Assembly (NCBI GenBank): GCA_913009335.1
Contig: CAJVXN010000005.1
Span: 110-64,109, forward strand
Source: an uncultured bacterium
Lineage (GTDB): Bacteria; Omnitrophota; Gorgyraeia; Ghiorseimicrobiales; Ghiorseimicrobiaceae
Length of the DNA: 64,000 bases
Reading direction: 5' to 3'
Numbering within the stretch: the first letter of the stretch is position 1; every line of letters starts with the position of its first letter. The translations under genes were made by a program, and so were the position numbers. Positions 49,444 through 57,438 of the stretch are shown in pieces. The notes beneath the pieces are model-generated. The model was not told the origin of the DNA. It searched no databases and saw only the letters and a program-made list of their open reading frames with translations.

Positions 49444-50949
49444 ATGACTGCATTAAGAGTTATAGATGATCATACGGAGTTTGCTAACATTGGCACTAAT
49501 ACGCATGCGCAGATAGATACTCATATAGCTGATGGGACATTACATTTTATAGAGGGTAGTATTGATCACGGCAGTATAAGCGGGCTTGGCGATGATGATC
49601 ATTCCCAATATCATAATGACACTAGAGGCGATGCAAGATATTATACTGAAACAGAGCTTGATGCCGGACAATTAGATACTAGATACTATACTGAGTCAGA
49701 AATAGATGCAAGTCTTTTGAATTATATATTAAAAGACGGTACCCGACCATTCACTGGCAATCAATCTTTCGGTGGAAATTCTATTACAAATGCTTTAAAT
49801 ACCAATTGGGATACCGCCTACACCCACTCCCAAGACAACACACAAGCCCATAGTGATTATCTTTTAAATACGACCGACACAATGAATGGTAATTTAACCA
49901 TTGACAATACAGCCACGGAAGCACTTTTAGTTCGTAAAAACGCAGACGCTGGTGATGTGTTTGCGGTAGATACAACCAATCAGAAAATTACAATAACAGG
50001 CGACCCAGCAGGTTCAAGAGTAAATATAATGGACATATATGGATATGGCGGACAAAAGTTTTTTCAGCTAACAACTGGCAATGGAGCGGATTTTCCCGAT
50101 AGAGTTTTTATAGGCAACAATTTTTCAGCCAACCCAGGTACGCAGACATTCGGAGTTTTTGCATCAGGTTCGGCTTCAAGTGCGTTTCAACTAACAAATA
50201 CTATGACATCTTCAGAAGTATTCAACGCCCAGACAATGCTTTTGAGTATGGATATAGCGAAGACAGATGGAATATTAGGAAATGTTATATCACAGAATAG
50301 TCTAATATTAAATGGTTTTGTGGATGAAACAGTTACACGAAATTTTGGAGGTACTTTAAACACATTCCAAATAAATCACGCAAACACCATAAATTTTACA
50401 AGTGATGCCTTTGGATATGAAAGTAAAATGTCAACAGGTTCAAGTTTTACAGGAGCAACTAAATTTGATGATTGGACTGATTTCTTGGTTAAAGCTGGTG
50501 GTTATAGTGGTGTAGCAGGAACTCTAACCTTTGGAAATAAGATAGGATTATATATTGAAAACAGTTTGGCGTTTGACGGAATTGATAATCTAATAGGTAT
50601 TAAGATAGACAAACTGACAACAGGAACCAATAACTATGGAATTATGCTGAATGGCGACGGAGCAGGAGCAGATATAGTTATGGGGGCAGGTAAAGACGCA
50701 AAGATTTATTACGATGGCACTGATTTAATTCTTGACCCTGATGTAGTAGGCACGGGAAAAGTTTTAATCGGAGCGACTGGGGATGATGATATGCTACTTA
50801 GTACGATAGAGATAGACGGCGACCTTAATCATGACGGAAGTAATGTAGGGTTTTATGGAACAGCTCCAGTAGTGCAGCAAACAGGGGTAGCTGTAACAGC
50901 GGTGGGAATTCATGCTGCTTTAGTAAATTTAGGTTTGATAACAGCATAG
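49444..50949 (+). CDS. fibre-like virion protein
   Basis: GTNTHAQIDTHI, GLGDDDHSQY, RYYTETE repeats, GFYGTAPV. Confidence 0.7.
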   Translation: MTALRVIDDHTEFANIGTNTHAQIDTHIADGTLHFIEGSIDHGSISGLGDDDHSQYHNDTRGDARYYTETELDAGQLDTRYYTESEIDASLLNYILKDGTRPFTGNQSFGGNSITNALNTNWDTAYTHSQDNTQAHSDYLLNTTDTMNGNLTIDNTATEALLVRKNADAGDVFAVDTTNQKITITGDPAGSRVNIMDIYGYGGQKFFQLTTGNGADFPDRVFIGNNFSANPGTQTFGVFASGSASSAFQLTNTMTSSEVFNAQTMLLSMDIAKTDGILGNVISQNSLILNGFVDETVTRNFGGTLNTFQINHANTINFTSDAFGYESKMSTGSSFTGATKFDDWTDFLVKAGGYSGVAGTLTFGNKIGLYIENSLAFDGIDNLIGIKIDKLTTGTNNYGIMLNGDGAGADIVMGAGKDAKIYYDGTDLILDPDVVGTGKVLIGATGDDDMLLSTIEIDGDLNHDGSNVGFYGTAPVVQQTGVAVTAVGIHAALVNLGLITA

Positions 50950-50960
50950 GAGAATAAATA

Positions 50961-51513
50961 ATGACAGATAGAATTATAAAAATAGCAGAAAATAATGTCG
51001 AATACACAGAAACAAAGATAATCAAAGACAAAGATGGCGTAGAATTTGAGGTGTGGAAAGAGCCGGAGAGTTATGGAGAAAGTAGGCTTAATGAAGAATT
51101 GACTGCCGCTAATAAAGCATTGACTGCCGCTAAGGCTTTTGACGCTAAGGTTTATAAGCAAAAGTTAATCAATAAAGCCCGGGCTCTTATATATAAATTG
51201 AATAATATCCAGGTTGAAATGAATACAGCAGTAATTGAGAAAATCAAATAAGGAGGCTCAAGTGAGTGAAAAGACAGTAAAGAAGATAAGAAAAGAAGCA
51301 ACACTGAAAAATGTTACCCCGGATAATCTTGGTGGCAAGATAAAAGATAAGATTAAAGAACTAGAAAATAATAATAAAAGAGATGCAGAAAATCTTAATG
51401 GGCTAGGAAAACAAATTCAACAACTCCAGGATAACGCGGGTCAAATTCAAAAATCTATGATTAGCAGGAACGGAGCGATATTAGAATTAAATAAATTAAT
51501 CAAGGAAAAATAA
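50961..51513 (+). CDS. two small helical proteins (50961-51251, ~51261-51513), possibly fibre chaperones
   Basis: Coiled-coil pattern after fibre gene. Confidence 0.5.
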
Positions 51514-51514
51514 G

Positions 51515-52009
51515 ATGTCTATCGCATTATTAAAAACAGTTAATTTCGGGGCTTCGAAATCCGGGCTTGCGGCTGTCGGATATACTTTATTAAACACTGA
51601 TGAAAGCGAAAAGCAAGCGCGGACAACAACAGGAGTGTACGAACTCGGAACGAATACAGGACTGTATGCTTGCGATATAACCTTTGATGATGATTGGAAT
51701 GGGTCTATTTTATGGGATAGCGGGGAAGGATCTCCTGTATACGCGGCCGAGGAATATAACGACGAAGATGAAGTGAAAGCAATTAAAACAAAGACTGATA
51801 ATTTACCGGCTGATACAGATGGAACACTTACAACGTTGCAGGCCGATGTAACAATCATCAAGAAAATAGAAACAGGAAGATGGAAAATAGTTAATAATCA
51901 AATGATATTCTATGATGATGATGGAACTACACCGTTATATACGTTTAATCTGAAAAACGCGGATGGTGATCCTACGGAAGATTATCCACGAGAAAGGGTA
52001 ATTTCATGA
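51515..52009 (+). CDS. putative virion protein
   Basis: KIKTDNLP, YDDDGTTPL..F.L motif. Confidence 0.55.
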   Translation: MSIALLKTVNFGASKSGLAAVGYTLLNTDESEKQARTTTGVYELGTNTGLYACDITFDDDWNGSILWDSGEGSPVYAAEEYNDEDEVKAIKTKTDNLPADTDGTLTTLQADVTIIKKIETGRWKIVNNQMIFYDDDGTTPLYTFNLKNADGDPTEDYPRERVIS

Positions 52010-52167
52010 GTTTATTGACTCGCGGATTAGGGACCCGGCTTTTAATCACAAGAGGATTAGGCGACGTATATTATTTTCTTTCTATGATAATTCTTTTTGA
52101 TAATGAAACAAAAGATTATAAATTTGTGAATGAAACACTTAATGAAATTTTAGATTTTTCTGATTAA
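52006..52167 (+). CDS. small unannotated ORF (53 aa)
   Basis: ATGA overlap with previous stop; LTRGLG x2. Confidence 0.5.
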   Translation: MSLLTRGLGTRLLITRGLGDVYYFLSMIILFDNETKDYKFVNETLNEILDFSD

Positions 52168-52179
52168 CAAGGAGGATTT

Positions 52180-52455
52180 ATGCCGCCCGGAGATAAATGC
52201 GATGGACATGATACTTGCATGGCAAGGTTTAATGAAGGATTACATAATATTGAAATGAAATACGCTGCCATAGAAGGCAGCATAGCTGGATTTACTAAAA
52301 GCACCAGTGATTTTGTTACAGCAATAAGAAAGGATATTTACAGTAAAGATGGTATAATGGATAGGACCGGCAATCATGGTATGCAGTTACTCTTGCAATG
52401 GGGAGTTTTAGCGGGATTACTCATTACAATTGTTGTAACATTTATAAAACAATAA
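52180..52455 (+). CDS. coiled-coil + C-terminal TM protein (lysis-associated, putative)
   Basis: C-terminal hydrophobic helix; strong RBS. Confidence 0.5.
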   Translation: MPPGDKCDGHDTCMARFNEGLHNIEMKYAAIEGSIAGFTKSTSDFVTAIRKDIYSKDGIMDRTGNHGMQLLLQWGVLAGLLITIVVTFIKQ

Positions 52456-52464
52456 GGAGGTAGC

Positions 52465-52680
52465 ATGCCTCGCAAAAAAAAAGAAATAGAATTAGACTCT
52501 AATGTTCAAATAGAGATTTTTACAAAAGTATTTTTAGAAATGATAGAAGTACCATCATTGCGGTGGAAATTAAAATCAATGATCGATTCTTTAGATAATG
52601 TAGATAACGCAGCATTGAATCTGAATTTAAGAAAATTAGAATTGGAAATAATAAAAGAAGGAGGTGATATAAATGACTGA
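52465..52680 (+). CDS. hypothetical protein
   Basis: AAGGAGG RBS. Confidence 0.55.
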   Translation: MPRKKKEIELDSNVQIEIFTKVFLEMIEVPSLRWKLKSMIDSLDNVDNAALNLNLRKLELEIIKEGGDIND

Positions 52681-52852
52681 TTTTTTACGCGGGAAAAAGA
52701 GTTATATCGTCGCTTTTCTCTTAGCAGCGGTGGCTCTTGTGGAATTCTTGGCAAAAGGAGAATTTTCATTTGCAACGATAGCATTGTTTTTTAAAACCGA
52801 AGCTATAGCTGGCGCGATAGCAACAATCAGGGCAGGTGTATCAAAGTCTTGA
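52673..52852 (+). CDS. holin-like two-TM protein (not in ORF track)
   Basis: MTDFLRGKKSYIVAFLLAAVALVEF...AIAGAIATIRAGVSKS; AGGAGGTG RBS. Confidence 0.65.
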   Translation: MTDFLRGKKSYIVAFLLAAVALVEFLAKGEFSFATIALFFKTEAIAGAIATIRAGVSKS

Positions 52853-52896
52853 CATCTTATTGCTTTTAGTGTAATGTATAGAAAGCGAGGTGTAAT

Positions 52897-53076
52897 ATAA
52901 TTAAAATAATAGGATCTGTATTTAAACTTTTTTTGTTATTCTTTTCTGCTAAGTTAGAAAAAGATAAACGAAAGAGAGAGAAGAAAGATGAATTGCGAAA
53001 AGAACTTTCGTCTGCGATTACTTCCGGTGATGTTAGCCGCGTTAATGCTAGCATCAGCAGGATCAATAGGATGTAG
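52897..53076 (+). CDS. i-spanin-like protein (non-AUG start)
   Basis: N-terminal TM + charged coil; GAGGTG RBS then ATA/ATT; overlaps the lipoprotein gene. Confidence 0.45.
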   Translation: MIKIIGSVFKLFLLFFSAKLEKDKRKREKKDELRKELSSAITSGDVSRVNASISRINRM

Positions 53077-53215
53077 TAGATCTATAGTTCTTTATCCTAT
53101 TACCGGGCAAGATATCGCTGTAATTAAAAAAGGCGAGCCAGCCTCTATTAACGGCTATATAATGAGTGAGTTTTACTTAAATGAGGTGTTACAGGCTAAG
53201 ATAGACAGTAAATAA
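52988..53215 (+). CDS. o-spanin-like lipoprotein
   Basis: Signal peptide with lipobox-like SIGC; overlapping arrangement like Rz/Rz1. Confidence 0.55.
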   Translation: MNCEKNFRLRLLPVMLAALMLASAGSIGCSRSIVLYPITGQDIAVIKKGEPASINGYIMSEFYLNEVLQAKIDSK

Positions 53216-53229
53216 TTGATATATAGCTT

Positions 53230-53263
53230 AAAACGCCGTAGATTAGCTTCTACGGCGTTTTTT
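53230..53263. terminator. bidirectional intrinsic terminator at the convergence point
   Basis: AAAACGCCGTAGA ttagct TCTACGGCGTTTTTT. Confidence 0.85.
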
Positions 53264-53520
53264 ATTAAGGCATATCCTAAGACCTTTCAAGGAAAATCGC
53301 GCTGGAATGGCTAATCTGGCAAGGATTATAAGGCTTAATTGCGGATATTATGTATTTTTGAGCTTATTTTGCTTCATATCCTGCTTTTTCGCCTTTTTAA
53401 CGCAATCCCGGCAGATATATCCCTGAATTTCATTAGTTTTTTTATCCCGGACTATTAAAGGGAATTTTTTATTTGTTGCTTTTTTATTTTTCCCGCAGGC
53501 CCTACATTTTATTTTTGGTT

Positions 53521-53886
53521 TCATTTTAATAAATCTCCATTTTCAAATGCATTTCCGATTATTTCAAACTCTCCGTTTTCTAAGTAACCATCTTGATTTC
53601 CCTCATCATCACCACCAATAGCTTCAAGATAGAATCTCGCTCCTGAATCCCGCCACTCGATTATCCCTTTTTGTATTATTCCGCTATCATCTTTATAAAG
53701 ACAAATATCTTTGTGATATCCTTCTTTTCCATTCTTATCGAGAAGCCCTGTGAATTGGCAGGATAGTTCTTTTGCTAGTTCTATATTCATAGTTGTTGAT
53801 ATAGGTATTCCTGCAAAACCACTTTCTACATATCCCCAATAGTATGTTTGCCCATTATGTATAATTCTAAACTTAATTTCTTTCAT
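53521..53886 (-). CDS. YopX family protein
   Basis: MKEIKFR, QFTGLLDKNGKE, EIIGNAFEN. Confidence 0.88.
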   Translation of the reverse strand: MKEIKFRIIHNGQTYYWGYVESGFAGIPISTTMNIELAKELSCQFTGLLDKNGKEGYHKDICLYKDDSGIIQKGIIEWRDSGARFYLEAIGGDDEGNQDGYLENGEFEIIGNAFENGDLLK

Positions 53887-53894
53887 TCTCCCTC

Positions 53895-54152
53895 CTATAT
53901 TTTCTTTAACCATTTCGTGTCCGTACCTACACCATCAGTATTTGGTTTATACTCCCTTCTAAACATCGCTGCTTTCCTGCAATCGTAAAAGTGAGATTGC
54001 CATTGGCCATCATCATTCTGAATTATCGGCATTTTTTTAGCATTGCATGTCGTAGCCCAATAGATTCTTTTCCGGCAGCCTTTACAGCGAGATTTATCTA
54101 AATCGAAATCAACCCATACTTCCGCGCCGCCAGCTAGTTTTAATTTAATCAT
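53895..54152 (-). CDS. small Cys/His metal-binding protein
   Basis: CKGC...W...SHFYDC. Confidence 0.6.
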   Translation of the reverse strand: MIKLKLAGGAEVWVDFDLDKSRCKGCRKRIYWATTCNAKKMPIIQNDDGQWQSHFYDCRKAAMFRREYKPNTDGVGTDTKWLKKI

Positions 54153-54230
54153 TATCTATCCTCTTAAAATTAATACTTAATACGATTATAGAGATAAATA
54201 CCAATGAGATAATAATACGAAAGTTCGTTG

Positions 54231-55703
54231 TCATTGCATTCTCCTTTTCGATATATCAACATATTCTTTTTTTAAATCATTCCCGATGTAATTACGGCCT
54301 AATTTTTTTGCCTCCGCGCATGTACTTCCCGTACCGCAGAATGGATCATAGACAATACCTTTTGGCGGACATGCAGCAAGGATAGGTGTTGTAATTAATC
54401 CTTCCGGGTAACTCGCGAAGTGTTTATCTCGAGATGGTTTTGTTGATATTGTCCAGACACAACGTTTAATCCTTCCCTTAGGATTAAATTTCCAAGTTTT
54501 AGAATGAGGATGCTTCCTTTTTTCATGCGCGGGATATGCTTCTCCGGGTACGCCGCCAAAAGAATGCTTCATCCTTTTTGCTGTTCCATCTTTGCATGGT
54601 TCATACTGCGTTTTGAAATAATAATTTTTATTTTGTGTAAAAAAAAGCAATACTTCATAGTCAACCGTGAAACGGTCTTTGATCGAGGAAGGCATGCAGT
54701 TTGTTTTATGCCATATAATTTTACTGCGGAGTATCCAACCACGACTTACCATTTCGATTGCGAATCTTTCCGGGATAAGTAAATCGCATTTAGGATTTGA
54801 ATATTTTAATACCGGTTTAGGTTCAGGCAATTCTATGTTGATATTTACTCTTTGATTTAATTTATGAATAATATTAAAAAGTATTTCTCTATATTTTAAG
54901 TTTTCCGGCTTAACAAATTTTCCATTCTTTTTTGCTTTAGTATTATTACATAAAGCGATGAGGATTTTAGCTTGTTGTTTTTTAATAAGTAAATCAGGAT
55001 AGATTATCTGTGCTAATATTCCTGCTTCTTGTCCTCTAACGCTCCAATCCCATACGCCTCTATTTTGTAATCCTACAGAACCTAAATTTGTTATAGAATG
55101 TGCTTTTTTAATCATTTGATCGTCAATCATACCTACAGATATATCTGCTTGATAACTTGGCACACAATGATCTCTTTTCTGTTTATGGATTTGTATAGAA
55201 CCTTCTCCATCTATAAGAGCAGCAAGCCATGATCTATCTTTGTCAGAAATCATTTGTGTTTCTACTCTGCCATAAGTCGTTCCCATATTCACCCATAATG
55301 ATCCTGTATCTTTAAGCGGCCTTTTTAACCTTGTAAATACATCGCAAAGATGCTTGACGTATAAATTGAAGTCCGGTTCTAATCCTAACGATCCGCGCCA
55401 TGCGCCGCATTTATTACAGAAATCAGAATACGTTGCCCTGTCTTTATAATCTACCGCAAAACTTCCTTCATTTCCTTTTTGCATTTTAGATTTACCGCCG
55501 GATTGATTCGGCCGATGTGTTCGATGTTCTATCCAATCATGTATACATCCGGGAAGTCCATCCCATATCTGCTTAGATAATCCATAATCTCGCAGCGCGA
55601 AATATGGCGGAGAAGTTATAGCACAATCAATTTTGTTTGCCGGCATTTCATCTAAAAATTCCCGACAATCGGTATGATGGATTTTATTTATTAGATTTTT
55701 CAT
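54231..55703 (-). CDS. N4/N6 DNA methyltransferase (beta class) with in-frame LAGLIDADG domain
   Basis: TSPPY, HFASYP, DPFCGTGST; internal WLAALIDGEGSI...LLIKKQQA. Confidence 0.9.
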   Translation of the reverse strand: MKNLINKIHHTDCREFLDEMPANKIDCAITSPPYFALRDYGLSKQIWDGLPGCIHDWIEHRTHRPNQSGGKSKMQKGNEGSFAVDYKDRATYSDFCNKCGAWRGSLGLEPDFNLYVKHLCDVFTRLKRPLKDTGSLWVNMGTTYGRVETQMISDKDRSWLAALIDGEGSIQIHKQKRDHCVPSYQADISVGMIDDQMIKKAHSITNLGSVGLQNRGVWDWSVRGQEAGILAQIIYPDLLIKKQQAKILIALCNNTKAKKNGKFVKPENLKYREILFNIIHKLNQRVNINIELPEPKPVLKYSNPKCDLLIPERFAIEMVSRGWILRSKIIWHKTNCMPSSIKDRFTVDYEVLLFFTQNKNYYFKTQYEPCKDGTAKRMKHSFGGVPGEAYPAHEKRKHPHSKTWKFNPKGRIKRCVWTISTKPSRDKHFASYPEGLITTPILAACPPKGIVYDPFCGTGSTCAEAKKLGRNYIGNDLKKEYVDISKRRMQ

Positions 55704-56300
55704 AGAAATTTCTCCAAATATTTAAGCGGTTCTGATTCGAGTACCATTTGTTGTAGGTGATATTGCCAAGCAATAGGCTCATAAAAAGTTCCACAAATAT
55801 GACAATTATTAGTTATTCCTACCGTTCTTTCCTCTCCCCAGAAATGCTTTGCGAAATCGTGGGAAAAGATAACCCAATAATAATTTGATACATAAATACA
55901 GCCATACTTCTCCATATCTATTTTAATATCGTTTAGTGCGCCTTCGTGGGATTTAGCCTTCTCTATAGCTTTCTTTAATATCTCTTCGTTAGACATCCTC
56001 AACCTCCTTTACATTTACGATCTTACCATTGAATGTTTTCAATATTTTTTTAACGTACTTATCCTGCGTTGCTTTGCGGTGAAGATACACCGGCGCGAGG
56101 CCTTTCCGGTCTTCTTTTGGTAATGCGGCCCAGGCTTCATCCATAGGTTTTTCGAATTTAGCATGGAAGTTTTGCTGTACCGTTTTCCAGCGTTTCGGGT
56201 CTTTTTTAAGCTCGGATTCATTCTTCACCATGTATATCAAGGCCTCTGTAAATCGTTTATATGCCTCTTTAAAAACTATTTTTTTATCTTTTTCATACAT
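55700..56300 (-). CDS. two hypothetical proteins (55700-56002, 55989-56300)
   Basis: IFSHDFAK..W..AWQYHLQQMV phage motif in the first. Confidence 0.6.
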
Positions 56301-56363
56301 TTTAGATTTCTCCTATTTTTAGAAATTTGTTGTAAGTCGTTGTGAATAAACAATATTCATTTT

Positions 56364-56620
56364 ATACCGTTATATAGTGCTAAACGCGTTGATTATTGTT
56401 ATGTATCAAGGGGTTATAATATTAAACTAACGCGTTATACCGTTATTTCCATACGCGAAAATACTATTTTTTTTAAAATACAACTTTTTTTCTGGGAAAT
56501 CCTAAAGAGTAAAAAAATCATTATTATCTCCTTTGGCGTAACGATGTAACGCGTTAGTTTTTTGTTATAACTCATTGAAATTTCAACATAATCAACGCGT
56601 TTAGCACTATATAACGGTAT
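56364..56620. repeat. nested inverted repeat, putative replication origin
   Basis: Perfect 33-bp arms 56364-56396/56588-56620; inner 22-bp arms 56424-56445/56539-56560 (2 mismatches); AT-rich centre. Confidence 0.75.
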
Positions 56621-56915
56621 GGATCATTTTTCTTTGTGTAAATATATATTTATTTTTAACATAGCCTTCTTTCACAGCTAAAATTTTCTTTCTTCTTTCT
56701 TCTTTAATTTTTTTCAATAAAACGCGGCGTTTTTTAAAATATTGCAATATTCTTTTCCTATTTTTTTCTCTGTATTTTTGTTGGTATTCTTTTCGATTAT
56801 CTTTATGCTTTTGATAATATGAATCAATAGGAGTTTTACAGCCATTACATTTTTTACTTGCGATAGTTTTACATAGATATTCTTTTCTGCATTTTTGACA
56901 AATTTTTTTAAACAT
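56607..56915 (-). CDS. basic Zn-finger protein
   Basis: CQKC..CNGC then K/R-rich helix. Confidence 0.5.
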   Translation of the reverse strand: MFKKICQKCRKEYLCKTIASKKCNGCKTPIDSYYQKHKDNRKEYQQKYREKNRKRILQYFKKRRVLLKKIKEERRKKILAVKEGYVKNKYIFTQRKMIHTVI

Positions 56916-56919
56916 AAAA

Positions 56920-57438
56920 TTATCTTAATGTAAAAATTGCTGGTTGGTTTTTTCCACCTTTAACTTTTTTAATATATTCTATCTTATTAAGTTTAATTAA
57001 TTTAAGGACATATTTTTTTACTTTACAAAGTTTCCATCCTAACAACGCTATAATGTCTTTATATCTAAATTCTTGAAGATGGGATTTTTCTATATCATTA
57101 TAAAAATTATTAAATAGAATAGAAGAAACATATTTTTGGTTCTTTATTCTCGGTGTATAATAAATAACACCGGATAATAATTCTGTTAAGTTTTGTCTTC
57201 CTCGCGTTAATAAAGAATGATGATTAGGGCAAAGATTATATTCTTCTCCTCCTTCGTGATGAGTATCTATCGTTGCATTCCATCCACAAATAATACATTT
57301 ACGGTACTTTTTCTTATTCTTTTTTATTGAATTACGGCAGGTTTTTGAGCAAATATTATGACTTCTGAATTTAGATAAAAATATTTCCCCGCAAATACTA
57401 CATGTGTGTTTGTATGGAATTGATCCTTTTATCTTCAT
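56920..57438 (-). CDS. HNH-like Zn protein with C-terminal winged HTH
   Basis: CIICGW..DTHH..LCPNHH; C-terminus similar to primase C-terminus. Confidence 0.65.
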   Translation of the reverse strand: MKIKGSIPYKHTCSICGEIFLSKFRSHNICSKTCRNSIKKNKKKYRKCIICGWNATIDTHHEGGEEYNLCPNHHSLLTRGRQNLTELLSGVIYYTPRIKNQKYVSSILFNNFYNDIEKSHLQEFRYKDIIALLGWKLCKVKKYVLKLIKLNKIEYIKKVKGGKNQPAIFTLR

